Shown piece after piece: positions 26,837 through 40,189 of a stretch of DNA of 64,000 nucleotides. Location: the NCBI RefSeq assembly GCF_006345805.1, contig NC_043011.1, forward strand, positions 29,648,464 through 29,712,463, given 5' to 3'. The first letter of the stretch is position 1, and each line of letters opens with the position of its first letter. The position numbers and the translations under genes are program-made. The DNA is from Octopus sinensis. Lineage: Eukaryota. A model generated the notes under the pieces. It had not been told where the DNA came from and made no database searches. It was given only the letters and a program-made list of their open reading frames with translations.

Positions 26837-27247
26837 GGAGGAGTGGCTGTGTGGTAAGTAGCTTGCTTACCAACTACATGGTTCCGGGTTCAGTCCCCCT
26901 GCATGGCACCTTGGGCAAGTACCTTCTACTATAGCCTCGGGCCGACCAAAGCCTTGTGAGTGGCTTTGGTAGATGGAAACTGAAAGAAGCCTGTCGTATA
27001 TATGTATATATATGTGTATGTGTGTGTGTGCGTGTGTTTGTGTGTCTGTTTTTGTCCCACCAACATCACTTGACAACCGATGCTGGTGTGTTTATGTCCC
27101 CATAACTTAGCGGTTCAGCAAAAGAGACCGACAGAATAAGTACTAGACTTACAAAGAATAAGTCCTGGGGTCGATTTGCTCGACTAAAGGCAGTGCTCCA
27201 GCATGGCTGCAGTCAAATGACTGAAACAAGTAAAAAAGTAAAAGAGT
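26837..27247 (+). mobile_element. Family-1 SINE
   Basis: Complete copy. Confidence 0.9.
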
Positions 27248-27519
27248 AGGATCAACAAATGAAGTACTCTATCCATTGAGAGTTAAATATCATTTAATGT
27301 GCACTGTATCAATTATAAGACCTGCTAATAGTTTCTTGCCATTGAGACATGTGGCTAGGTAGATTTTTATAATGTGCCTTGTGTCTCCAAGTGCATGCAA
27401 TAAAAATTTGGAGAACCAGATATATCAATGGTGAGAAACTATTTGTAGCTGTTATTTTAATACAATGTACATTAAATGACACATACATACATGTATATGT
27501 GTGTATATATCTATATATA

Positions 27520-28505
27520 TGTAAAACAACCCCTTTGGTCAGGAATGACCATGGCATTGCACATAGAAAGTTACCCTCCAAGGCACAAGTCTAGGCAAGG
27601 TTGTTTATGAAAGACCAGCAGTCACCTATACATACCAGCCTTCCATTTCCACAACACCAATGTTCTCCAAGGGAAAGGCAAAGGGGCCAATACAGCTTGG
27701 CACCAGTCTTGTTGCAACTCATTTCTACAGCTGGGTGAACTGGTGCAACAAGAAATAAAGTGTCTTGCTCAAGAACACAGCACACAACCCAGTCTGGGAT
27801 TGGACTCATGATTGTAAGGCTGACTCTCTAACCTATTTCTTTACTACCCACAAGGGGCTACACACAGAGAGGACAAACAAGGACAGACAAATGGATTAAG
27901 TCGATTATATCGACCCCGGTGCGTAACTGGTACTTATTTAATCGACCCCGAAAGGATAAATGGCAAAGTCGACCTCGGCGGAATTTGAACTCAGAACGTA
28001 GCGGCAGACGAAATACGGCTACACATTTTGCCCGGAGTGCTAATGATTCTGCCAGCTCGCCACCTGACTCTCTAACCACAGAGCAATGTGCCTTCACACA
28101 CACACAAACATACATATATATGTAAGATATATATACGTATGTGATATATATACATATATACATATTCATATGTGAAGGTGCATGGCTCAATGGTTACAGC
28201 GTCGAGCTTACGATTGTGAGGTTGTGAGTTCGATTTCTGGACTGGGCTGTGTGTTGTGTTCTTGAGCAAGACACTTTATTTCACGTTGCTTCAGTTAACT
28301 CAGTTGTAGAAATGAGTTGCAAAGTCACTGGCGTCAAGCTGTATCAGCCTTTGCCTTTCCCTTGGATAACATCAGTGGTGTGGAGAGTGGAGGCTGGTAT
28401 GCATGGGCGACTGCTGGCCTTCCATAAACTACCTTGCCCAGACTTGTGCCTCAGAGGGTAACTTTCTAGGTGCAATCCCACGGTCATTCGTGACCAAAGG
28501 CGGTC
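27520..28505. mobile_element. SINE cluster: family-3c (27520-27830, -), family-2 (27835-28062, -), family-3c (28180-28505, +)
   Basis: Diagnostic motifs of each family. Confidence 0.8.
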
Positions 28506-29769
28506 TCCTCATATACATATGTAATGTGTATATATATATATATATAAATATATAACGGGAAGCTTTATGAAAATAGACAAAAGACGAAGGCAGGTTTACG
28601 GAAATAAACAAAAGACGAAGGCAGGTGGAATACAAACAAACAATTGTATTAGTATGGCACTCAGGAAAATATACCCAGAGATGTAAATACAAGGTCTCTA
28701 TACAATTTTTGTCCACCAAGTTTTATTCACAACATATTGGTCATTGCAATGTTACAGTTGAAAACATTTATACAACCATACAGTGAAACTGAATGGTTGC
28801 ATACCTCTTAACCACAGCTGGCAAACCCTGTTTGAGCAGGTCTATAATCAAAGTCATTCCAACAATGACCAACGTGTCTTACTTGCACATCTAGAATTAC
28901 ATTATCACATTATTTTTGAAGTGAGTGATTTGAGGGAATTTGGTTGTTATTGTAAGTAACTTCATAGAAGTTGGTGTGGGGGAGCCAGTTGTAGTGTGGA
29001 CCATGAAGTTACTGGACGATCAAGTTATTGGCTTGATATCAATAACAACAACAGCAAAAAAAAAAAGCTTTGTTATTATATAGATTAGATTGAGATCAAA
29101 TATGTAATGTTCACTGGTTGTAGTGATGGGCTGCGATGGATGGTGGTGGAATTTATAGCTTGTATACAAAAGAATATGATGTCATCCTGGGGCAAGATGA
29201 AATGTGTTCTGGCTTCACATGGATGAACTAATAAAGATAAATAATGGTTAATGTAAATCAATGAACAGTTAGTGGAATGGTACAACGGTATGAAATGAAT
29301 ACTACAATGTATTTGGACGATGGGCATGAAGTGGCAAGATGTCGGTCAGATGTGTAATGCTATTGAAAACAGAAAACAGTATTGTAAATTGGAAATTATA
29401 AAGTTCTTGTGCCTTCCCCCCTGCCCCGCCCCTGCATACATGTATACATACATGCACAACACAGCTATTGATTACTATGCACATCGGTTCCTGCATTGGC
29501 AGAAATTTTTTAGAACATACTATTGGCAAAGCAGAAGGCGGCATGCTGGCAGAATCTTCAGCATGACAGAAAAATTGCTTAGCAGCATTTCTCTGTTTTT
29601 CATATCCTGAGTTCAAATGACACAAAGGTCACTTTGCCTTTCATTCTTTCAGAGTCAATAAAATAAGAACTTGTTCAGTACTGGGATCCATAAAATTAAC
29701 TAGCCCCACTCCCACCAAAATTTCAGACTTTATGCTAATAGAATTATTATTGCTACATTTCTCAGAGTG

Positions 29770-30000
29770 ATCGTATGTCAATATCTTTTGATCAAGAGCG
29801 GGTCATAACTAATGACCGCGGATCCTGACTCTTCTTAAAATCTCAGTTTTGAGAGTGCGTCCAACTCTGCCAAGTCACTTCTGAAATTGGTTTGTCATGG
29901 TTCTAAGTGCCCCCATAACAATAGATATAACCTTCACTCTCATCACTCCCCACAAACATACTGTCTCATGTTTAAATTCTTGGTACATATTCACTTCATT
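29770..30000 (-). mobile_element. R4/Dong-like LINE 3' end
   Basis: LWGVMRVKVISIVMGALRT resembles the (VIPIVIGALG) RLE C-terminal motif. Confidence 0.6.
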
Positions 30001-30010
30001 GTTGTTGTTG

Positions 30011-30083
<73 letters not shown>

Positions 30084-30110
30084 CATTATTATTATTATTT
30101 TTATTATTAT

Positions 30111-30344
30111 GTTGTGTCTGGGGAGAGTAATTTTCTTTTTGTGCCTTATAATTAAACACACTCACTGGTAAAATTTCCACTTATTTTTATTTCGTTTAAA
30201 TTTTTGTTGCGTCTTGCAGCCTTTTCAATAGTCTTGACTCTGTCCGTTATTTACATGAAAATTTTAGGAAGTAAGTGGAAACTTTACCAATGAGTGTGTT
30301 AAATTATAAGGCACAAAAAGAAAATTACTCTCCCCAGATACAAC
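30111..30344. mobile_element. Fold-back MITE with TIRs of about 74 bp
   Basis: gttgtgtctggggagagtaattttctttttgtgccttataatt..cactta is the inverse of taagtgg..aattataaggcacaaaaagaaaattactctccccagatacaac. Confidence 0.85.
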
Positions 30345-30639
30345 AGAACATGCTTCAACACACGAACTCACATAAAGAATCTAGCAAACTAAATCCCAAA
30401 ACGAAATATTATTATTATTATTATTATTATTATATTATTATTATTGAATGAGAGAGCAGTGCATACCATCAAAGTGACACTGGGTTAAAATATACTGGGC
30501 TAAAAGTATACCCATCATGACTACCCGTCTGATAAGGGTACATCAGGTACATGCATCACAAACATATGTGCGTGACATGGTGGTCTCATATCAAGATAAA
30601 CATTGTGTGACCTTGCAGGTGGGACCCAGTTAGAATTTT

Positions 30640-31378
30640 CAAGGACAAGAGGAAAGACATTGCTATGAATCTTTTGAACAAACTCAAGCATCACCTCCAA
30701 CTGAACATGCTTTGGTTTTTCTCAGATGAGAAAAAATTCTAAAAAGATCAGATGTGGAACACACAGAACAACTGTTGCATTGCTGTGTCCCCAAAACATA
30801 TACCAAGAGTGATAAAAATCAAACATCTAGTCAACTTCATGGTGTTTGAAGTGATCACTAGTGATGATGACGTTATGCCCCCATTCATCTTCCCACATAG
30901 CCTCACACGCAACATGGAGTACTGCTCTCAGTCAAGAGGGTGGCAGCTGGAAGACCCTTTGTCTGGCAACAGGACTCTGCACCATGCCATACAACCAGGA
31001 GAATCCACCCATGGCTGTCAGGCAATTTCTGTGATCACATCACCCTTAACATTTGGCCACCTAACTCCCCAAACTGCAACTCCCTTGATTATTATGTGTA
31101 GGGTGCAGTTGAGCAAGAGACCAACAAAACTCCTTGTAACACCAAAGATGAACTGAAGGTGAGGATTATGGCAGCATTCACCAACTTAAACCAGAAGACT
31201 GCCCAGAAGAGTTGCAGGAGATTCTGAAGTCGTCTGGAGGCCATGGTTTTGAATAAATTTACTCTTTAGTATTTCAAGAAATTTTAATGTAATTTTAGTA
31301 AATATATCCATTAAAATGAGATGTCAGTATTATTTTCACTTTTACATAATTTAGACGACAATTTATTCATTGCTCCCT
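30640..31378 (+). mobile_element. Tc1/mariner (maT-like) transposase fragment
   Basis: WFFSDEKKF...WQQDSAPCH...WPPNSPNCNSLDYYV motifs with frameshifts. Confidence 0.85.
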
Positions 31379-31384
31379 ATATAA

Positions 31385-31887
31385 ATATAATGTTTTCAGT
31401 TTCTGTCTCCTGAATATGCTCACAAGGCTTTCGTCACCCTGAGGCTATAGTAGCGGACACTTGCCCAAGGTGATACACAGTGGGATTGAACCTGGAACCA
31501 TGTGGTTGGGAAACAAAGTACTTATCACAAAGCTATGCTTGCACATATTCTTTTATTCTTTAATTCTTTTACTTGTTTCAGTCTTTTCACTGTGGCCATG
31601 CTGGAGCACCACCTTAAAAGCTTTTTAGTCAAAGAAATTGACCCCAGAACTTATTCTTTGTAAGTCTAGTACTTATTCTATCAGTCTCTTTTGCCTGAAC
31701 TGCTAAGTTACAGGGACCTAGACACACCAACATCAGTTGTCAATTGATGGTAAGGGACACACACACACACACACACACATGCACACATGCACGTATGCAT
31801 GTACATGCACGTATGCATGTACATGCATGCACACATACATACATACATGCATGCATGCATACATGCATGCATGCGTGCATACATACA

Positions 31888-31921
<34 letters not shown>

Positions 31922-32080
31922 CATACATACATGATGGATTTCTTTCAATTTCCATCTACAAGGCTTTGGCCAGCCTGAAGTTATAATAGAAGGCATTTGT
32001 CCAAAGTGCCATGCAGTGGGACTGAACCCAGAACCATGTGGTTAGGAAGCAAGCTTCTTACTACACAGCAACACCTGCAC
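31385..32080 (-). mobile_element. Family-1 SINE head fragment plus full copy
   Basis: Heads at 31385-31545 and 31935-32080; tail 31548-31760. Confidence 0.8.
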
Positions 32081-32599
32081 CTATATATATATTTAAAAAA
32101 TAAAAATTTTTTTTTAATTACAATAAATCTCCTAGGTGACAGATATACAGTTAATTTACATCACTGAACTTCTACATTTCCTTCCTCGCTCCTAAGTAAT
32201 TAAGCATCATTCATTCTGGTGATTCCACTCGGTACCATAGTCATTGCAATGAACCATATGGTAAGGAGATTGGTTTTAGCAGAATTCACCTCCAACTTAC
32301 TAACCCCCCCCCCCCCCCACCACCACCACTGAATGAAAGAAGAAAAGGAGTAATAGCGTAAAGCATCAAACTTGATACAATAAAATGGTATAAAAGTTTC
32401 CAGAACCAAGTGATGTAGTAAGATAATTTATCTTTAAGATAGAATAATTTAATTACTTTGGGCATTTTACCAAAATGGAAATTTCTAGAAGGCACTGAAA
32501 ATATCTTTCATTTAATTTTTTTGGTTTGTGTATAGTGGCAAATGTTGGTTCTAATGATTTGTTCTTTCCCTGTGTACGAGCATGTGAATAGTTCACGCA

Positions 32600-32754
32600 C
32601 ACATGTACATACATACATATATATACATATACATGTGTGTATGTATATGTACATACATACATATATTTACGCATGTTTATGCACATATATATATATGTAC
32701 ACACACACACACACACACACACATATTTAAATGTATAAATGTATGTATATGGAC

Positions 32755-32795
<41 letters not shown>

Positions 32796-33107
32796 CACAC
32801 ACATGCATACACATGCATAAATCTGAAATATTCCGCATTTTCTATTGTTTGGATTCCATAATGCAAATTAGACAACGACTCAGACACACACACACACATA
32901 CACATACACATACACACAGAGCAAAATACACACTTTTACATGCACAGCAAAGTGCACACACACACACATACACACACACACACACACACATACACAGACT
33001 CACACACACAAGGCAAAAGACTGATAGGAATATGATAATGATGATAAGGAGGAAAAGAATGATGATAATGATGATGATGATGATGATGCTACTGATGATG
33101 ATGATGG

Positions 33108-33155
<48 letters not shown>

Positions 33156-33402
33156 CGATGATGATCATAAAGACAGCACAAAATTATACAGAGTAATATA
33201 AATTTGATATTTAAAATAAACCTGGAAGAGGAGGTTGACAAAATATGTTGATATTGCAGTTTTCCTTAATCGTTAGATTAAGAGACTGCTTTTCCTAGAC
33301 AAGTAGCTAATCTAGCATGTACATACATACATACATACATACATACATACATACATACATACATACATGCACACTTACATACACACATACATACATACAT
33401 AC

Positions 33403-33433
<31 letters not shown>

Positions 33434-33446
33434 CATACATACATAC

Positions 33447-33477
<31 letters not shown>

Positions 33478-33591
33478 CATACATACATACATACACTCAT
33501 ACATACAGACATACATACATACATACATACATACACACATACACACATACACACACACATACATACATACATACATACATACATACATACA

Positions 33592-33620
<29 letters not shown>
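32600..33620. repeat. (TA/CA)n, (GAT)n and (TACA)n microsatellites
   Basis: Seen directly. Confidence 0.9.
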
Positions 33621-33622
<2 letters not shown>

Positions 33623-33928
33623 GCAGAATGGGCCAAATATCATGCACACAGTAAGTTCAATAAACTCTGGAATTGACAAAGACATACTTCAATTTTTGTA
33701 AAATTGAACAAAATAAATAAAATAATGATGAGTACACATGTACTTGAACATGATGATCAAAATGAATAATAATAATAATAATAATAATACGAAGAAGAAG
33801 AAGAAGAAGAAGAAGAAGAACAACAACAACAACAACAACAAGAACAAGGACAAGAGCAGTCAGAGAGCACCAGCCTCCACCAATGTCCTCTCAACGATTA
33901 GCCAGAGATGATTTTTAAAATGAGAATA

Positions 33929-34444
33929 TCTATATATATAAAACTGTAGTTGTGTGAGTGTCTGTCTCCTACGATTTAGATTCCTAACTCCTCCCACATT
34001 TTGCGGTGCAGTTTAACCAAATTCGGGTATCTTATAGTCGGGATTAATATCGAGCCCATCTGGCTATTAGCGCACGTCTATGATGAGTCTACGATTTTAA
34101 AAATAATTTAACATAATTTTTTATTCCATTTTAATGCATAATTTTTCGTGTGTCGATGGCGGCGGAGTTGGCGTCCACGCTCAAACACCTGCACCTGTGT
34201 TTGCTTCTCCTCCTTCTTCCCTCCCTCGTGAAGCTGTGGGGAAGGGAGTTTAAAGAAATCAACGTCGTAATGCATTGTCAAGGAGACCAGCGTTCTTTTA
34301 GAACAACGACTTCATGGCTTGAAGACACCAAAACAGAAATGGCTAAGAAAGCCCGAATTGGCATCTATAAACGAAGTAACTCCCTGAAAATGCTTATATA
34401 GTTATTTCCCTTACAACCCGAGCAACACTGGGCGATACTGCTAG
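33929..34444 (+). mobile_element. Non-autonomous Helitron
   Basis: a|TCtatatatataaa start, 3' hairpin cccgagcaacactggg, end CTAG|t, no TSD. Confidence 0.85.
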
Positions 34445-35337
34445 TCTTAAATAAACTTGACTGCTCTCACAAGCGAGGATACTAAAAATGAACCAGACTG
34501 CTCTCAAAAATTAAGTGAAAAAACTAGAAAAGTAATCCAGAATCCTTATCTGGTACCTGATCGATCGCAATGGTAGTCATGGAATGTGAAGGTGGGTGTG
34601 TGGGCCATGTTTGTAATGCTGTGTGTGCTGTCTGCTGTAGGAACAGGAACAGTTTTCTCTATGAAGGCCGATTTTAGTCCCTTCCACTGATATAGTGTCT
34701 TTATGACCATTAAGGTCTAGAGTGAAAAATTTATCTGTGCCTGGAAGAAAATGGAAAGGACCTGCATACCGTGCTGTTATCAGAGTTTTAAATTTGTAGT
34801 ATTTGTTCTGACATGGCGTATTTTGAGTTCAGATTGTGTCAAACTCAACTTGCCTTTCGTCCTTTTAGGGTCCATAATAAAGTACCAATCCAGGGAGGTG
34901 GATTGACAGGACTGTAAGAATGTTAAACTGGATATCTTAGAGTATTTGTCTTAGTTCAAATTCTGTAGCTGGAGATAATGGCTAGTGACACTTGTGGCAG
35001 CAACCACTCCACCACGCAATGCTCATTTTTCTGATGGGCCACCCACGTCCCTAATTTCTCGAGGAAATCAGCAGTATGGGGCCCTAGAACTCCTGACATC
35101 TTCACATAATTCTTCTCTCTTGCATGCTATGGGTAACGGCACCCAGGTTTGTTGAAATGAGCCCTGCAAGGTGGAATGGCTGCTGGAGTGTTACCAGCCA
35201 TTCTTCACAGCAACACCATCACAGTCATTTACCACAGGACATGATTAAGCACCCCGTTTGTCCCCTGCTTTACCCCCTTTTTTCTTTTCTTTCTTTTCCT
35301 TTCTTATCTCTCTACTTTCCTGTTTCTTTGAATTTGA

Positions 35338-35560
35338 CCCGTTTAGCATCTTCAGATCAATCTGTCGAATATAATGCTTATTTATTCAGATTCTTTTAAA
35401 CTCATCATGTATTATTCCATAGCTTTGTGATTTCAATGATGTGATTGCTTATTTTTAGAATGACATTGTAGGGCAGGTGTGAGAGGCTGAATCTAGCCAG
35501 TTTGATCATAAAACAGGTAGAATATTTGAGCCGGATATGGCTGCTTTAAATGCTAATGGG
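35338..35560. mobile_element. piggyBac-like MITE; same family at 43419-43639 and 61597-61809
   Basis: ttga|cccgtttagcat ... atgctaatggg|ttaa with a shared interior. Confidence 0.8.
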
Positions 35561-36026
35561 TTAAATGTTATAAGTAAACACTTAGAGTTTAATTCTGTAG
35601 TTCCAGGAGTAGCATACTTTATGGTAATCTTAATTCAGTGCACCATTCATTACTACCATCTGACACCTAAGATGACTTTAGTGGTGTCTATTCAATTGCA
35701 GGTGTTTATGCCAACATACTCAATTTTGCAATTTGAAAATACTTTCATCCCTCTGTCCCTCCCACCAGTCTATGAAGACCTGTGAAGGGTTGTGTGCACT
35801 GCCTTCTCTCATAATTAAAAGTTTAGAAACAAAACTAATAAATATAGTTATAAGTAGTTTAATTATTGGATCACTCAAAGAGATGAGCAGGTAGAATCAT
35901 GGCCATATCACATTGAAAGCACCGGTTCTCATCTGATTACTAAAATTAAGCAACATTGAGCCTAGTTAGTACTTAGATGGGTGACGCTTGGTAAACCTAG
36001 GTGCTGTAAGCATTCCATTTTTCAAA

Positions 36027-36503
36027 GACAGTGAGCTGGCAGAAATGTTAGCATGCCAAGTGAAATGCTTAGCAGTATTTCGTCTGCCGTTACATTCTGA
36101 GTTCAAATTCTGCCAAGGTCGACTTTGCCGTTCATCCTTTTGGGGTCGATAAATTAAGTACCAGTTATGCACTGGGGTCGATGTAATCAACTTAATCCCT
36201 TTGTCTGTCCTTGTTTGTCCCCTCTGTGTTTAGCCCCATATGGGCAATAAAGAAATATGAAGTGATGATAAGGCAGCGAGCTGGCAGAAATGTTAGCACA
36301 CTGGGCGAAGTGCTAAGTGGTATTTCGTCTGCCATTATGTTCTGAGTTCAAATTCCACGGAGGTCGACTTTGCCATTCATCCTTTCGGGGTCGATAAATT
36401 AAATACCAGTTATGCACTGGGGTCGATGTAATCAACTTAACCCCTTTGTCTGTCCTTGTTTGTCCCCCCTGTGTTTAGCCCCTTGTGGGCAATAAAGAAA
36501 TAA
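36027..36503 (+). mobile_element. Two head-to-tail family-2 SINEs
   Basis: Near-identical copies of about 230 bp; the second is flanked by the 14-bp TSD gaaNtgatgataag (36259-36272 / 36504-36517). Confidence 0.9.
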
Positions 36504-37040
36504 GAACTGATGATAAGAAATGTAATATAATAGGGGTGATAGGAGATATGATTTCAGATGAGACAAACTGGGGTCATTGGGTTAAGTGAATGGTTTAGCA
36601 CAAGTGGTTATCTTTTATCTTTTACTTGTCTCAGTCAGTCTGTGGCCATGCTGAAGCACCATCTTGAAGGACTTTCAGTTAAATGGACCGACCCCAGTGA
36701 ATTGCAGGCATTGCTGTATGGTAAGAAGTTCTGGGTTCAGTTCTACTGTGAGGCACCTTGGGCAAGTGTTTTCTACTATAGCTTTGGTAGATGGAAACTG
36801 AAAGAATTCTGTCATATATGTGTGTGTGTGTATTCACTTTTTTTTAGTTCGTTATGCCATGTGCTGTACCTGATGACTGTGCCAAGATGTCCAAAGTGTT
36901 ATAAAACATTGTTTGGGATGTTTTCAGCACATGAAACTAATAGTGGCACATAAAAACATGTATTGTGTTTATTAAATAGTATATGTATGTGTGTGCATGT
37001 GTGTGTGTATGAATGGATGTATGTATGTATATATACATAC

Positions 37041-37074
<34 letters not shown>

Positions 37075-37640
37075 GTATATATATATGTTATTTATACACA
37101 CACACACATGTATATGATGGTGTTTAATATAGTATATAATGATATTTAGTATCAAATATAATAGCAAATAGTATGTGAAAGGATGCTGTTTAATATGTGA
37201 TATAATGCTGAAATATGATGGTGCTTTGTATGGCGGCGGGATATGATGGTGAGCAGGAGATGTAGAATAGGTTCATAAGAGAAGTGAGCTTAGGCAGGAG
37301 TACTATACAGTAAGCTCATTCATGAGTGGTAGGGTTAATTATTTGTGTCCATGCCATTTCTGTTATATTCATAGTGAAATAAATGATTTTGTGTCACTGA
37401 TAGTAAGAATAATGGATTGAAATACAACTTAGATTTTCTCTGGTCAATACGTATTCAACAGCCTATCATTTCTATAATAGCAAACTATAAACATACATGC
37501 AGATTTACTGCTCCAGTGGCATCCATTCATAAATCATTTCTCACCTGATTGTAGTCTCAGCTTCCTTGTTTATTATCTTTTTCTACAATTCAATTCTGAA
37601 TTACATCAAGATTTGTCGTCAATATGGAAGAATTGATCCC

Positions 37641-37772
37641 CTAGATCTTACAGTGAGTGACGGAACAGAGCAGATATCTTTGAGATTTCTTTTGGTATAG
37701 AAATGTTTTTGAGAAAGTAAATGAAAATAATATTGATTCCACATCTGATTCTTGTGAAACATTGGAACAAGG
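37641..37772 (-). CDS. Gene A candidate terminal exon
   Basis: atgtag|PCSNVSQESDVESILFSFTFSKTFLYQKKSQRYLLCSVTHCKI*, phase 0; AATAAA at 37569-37574. An alternative acceptor about 10 nt upstream gives a different frame ending nearby. Confidence 0.5.
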   Translation of the reverse strand, partial: PCSNVSQESDVESILFSFTFSKTFLYQKKSQRYLLCSVTHCKI

Positions 37773-38435
37773 CTACATAGTCCTTTTGTGAGAGAGAAAA
37801 CTCTATTTGAATTTTATCTTGCATGGTAACAAAATAATGAGAGATAAGACAAGCTTTAAAAGCTTTGCCTTTACAGATAAACTTTTATTTCTCCTGAAAA
37901 TTATTGGTTCCGTTGTACAAAGATAATGGTTGCGATAAAAGTAATAAAAAAAAAATGAATTAATGCTAAAGATAAATATTTTGTTTCAAGAAAAATAAAT
38001 AGGTATGGATTAATGATTTATATGATGACAAGAAATATGTCAGCTGATGGAAAGGTTTCTATGTGGTTGCTTGACCTGCTAGAAACAGCAGTCAAATCTT
38101 CCTCAAACCATACTCAACTGTATTTAAAAATGTGTTAGTGTAAGATGTGATGGTATTTAGTATGCCATGAGATGATGTTTACTTTGAGAGTGTAGTGATG
38201 TTCTATATTGAATATGATGGTGTTCAGATTGTGTTGGATGTTGATGCTTAATATGTGATAGAATGGCATATTTGGTAAGAGATGTTTGGTATGTAGTATA
38301 TGATGGTGTTTAGTATTGGATGTACGGATTTTTATTAAGAGATATGGTGGTGAGTAATATGCGACTAAATATATGAACTCTCTAAAAATGTAGGAATTGT
38401 CTAAAACAATATGATGACTGCATAGTCAAGGTTAC

Positions 38436-38691
38436 CATGGAGCTACACAGCAATAAGAACAAAGTTTGCTCTTGGTTTGTAATCAAAATGCCATGTACAA
38501 GTGGATCATCATTCTCCGACTCATTTAGAAGGACAGTAACTCTGAATAAGAAGTGACTTGGACAGTCATGATCCATCCAACCTATGCCAGCAAACAAAGC
38601 AGATGTAAAAGGATGATAATAAGGAGGAGAAGGGTTATATGTTATATCCTCTTTGATACTATACGGTATATAATATGCAAAGCATTCTGTG
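38436..38691 (-). CDS. Gene A exon (256 nt)
   Basis: gtattttatag|C ACA..TECFAYYIPYSIKEDITYNPSPPYYHPFTSALFAGIGWMDHDCPSHFLFRVTVLLNESENDDPLVHGILITNQEQTLFLLLCSSM|GTAACC; phase 2 to 0. Confidence 0.7.
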
Positions 38692-38809
38692 CTATAAAAT
38701 ACCTCATTATACACTACAAGCTATAGAATACCATATCTTAATCACACTGGCATGTCATATCAACTAAAAATATGCAATATTATAGCATAATAAAAATGAT
38801 AGATGCACC

Positions 38810-39015
38810 CTTTAAAAGCCTAACCAGGTTCATGGGCCCGGTTTCCCAGTTTCTATGGTGTATGTGTTCCCCAGCTGGACGGGACACCAGTCCATCACAA
38901 CGTTACTCATTTTTGCCAGCTGAGTGGACTAGAGCAACGTGAAATAAAGTGTTTTGCTCAAGAATTGAAGCCACAATCTTATGATCATGATGCTGACACC
39001 CTAACCACTAAGCCA
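38810..39015 (-). mobile_element. Family-3 SINE (tail type a)
   Basis: cccagctggacgggacaccagtccatcacaacg...tgttttgctcaagaa. Confidence 0.8.
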
Positions 39016-39277
39016 CGCACCTCCACTAATATTGTAGCATACCATAACGAAAATATATATTATACAGATGTCACGTTAAATGAAAAGCACTCCATGGACT
39101 CCAAGTAAAAGCTGACATGGTAAATTCAATAGATTAATTTTTATTATTTGTTAGTTTAATGAGGAAAGACAATATATTCATAGATTCATAGTCACAGTAG
39201 GTAACATGATCAGAAAAGGTGACTACCACACCAATAAAAGTTTTGATTTTCCATTAACTCTTTTCATACCAGTTTAC

Positions 39278-39311
39278 CAGAAACTGCCCTTGGTTTTATC
39301 AAACAAACTCC
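39278..39311 (-). CDS. Gene A candidate 34-nt exon (SLFDKTKGSF)
   Basis: atattttaaaacag| ... CTG|GTAAAC; phase 1 to 2. Confidence 0.4.
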
Positions 39312-39676
39312 CTGTTTTAAAATATTCAACATTAAAGCCTACATTAAAATTTCTTTATAATTTATGTCACAAACACCAGTTTAATAATAACAGTTATTTT
39401 AATAAATTCTTCTTTATTTTTTGATAATTAATTGAAACAAAAGCAGTGTGTTTCATCAGAACTATATTAACAAATGATTAATATATTTTGTATAATTGTA
39501 AATATATGCAGTTTGTTCTGGCAATGGTCAGTAATACAAATGAGATAACCGTCCCCTCACAACTCAAGGCACGTTAAGAAATTTGAATTTGAAATTGAAG
39601 AATACAAAGAAGTTGCATAAAATTCACATTTTTAACTTTTCTTTTTTTAGCTATTCATTTTTGTTTTACCTCTTAC

Positions 39677-39763
39677 GAAGTTCTGAGAATTTCTTGTTGG
39701 TGGTAAACATGCATAGCGCTATCTCATCCTTATTGGAAATCTTCAGAATGACATAACTTGTAA
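39677..39763 (-). CDS. Gene A exon; alternative donor extends it to 39670
   Basis: taatcag|TT ACA..TSYVILKISNKDEIALCMFTTNKKFSEL; donors TTC|GTAAGA and GAG|GTAAAA. Confidence 0.6.
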
Positions 39764-40189
39764 CTGATTAATTAGAAGTTGTATTATGAAGTGAGACATT
39801 TCATTACAATAAAAGATGAAATTAATTACAATCTGGGGAAAAAATCGTGGACTGTGTTTTTATATTTCTTTTTTTTTTCTCATCACAGGACCTTGTGACT
39901 GCAGAGTTTAGCATTAGAATCAACATGTTTCCAATGTAGTTCTGAAATATTCTAATTTTAAATTCTGTTGTTTTCTCATCAAATGTTCACTTTAACAATG
40001 TGAAACTGTGTAAATGGGAATACATTTAAGTTGTGTGTTATATAACATTGTAATTTAGACGTGGAATTTTGCTAGTTATTTGTGTCCCAACTATTGTTAT
40101 TATATTCAGTTATTTACAGGAATTACAATTTATGAGTAACATCAGAATCCTCGTCATTATTTTTAACGTTTTCTTTTCCATGCTAGATT

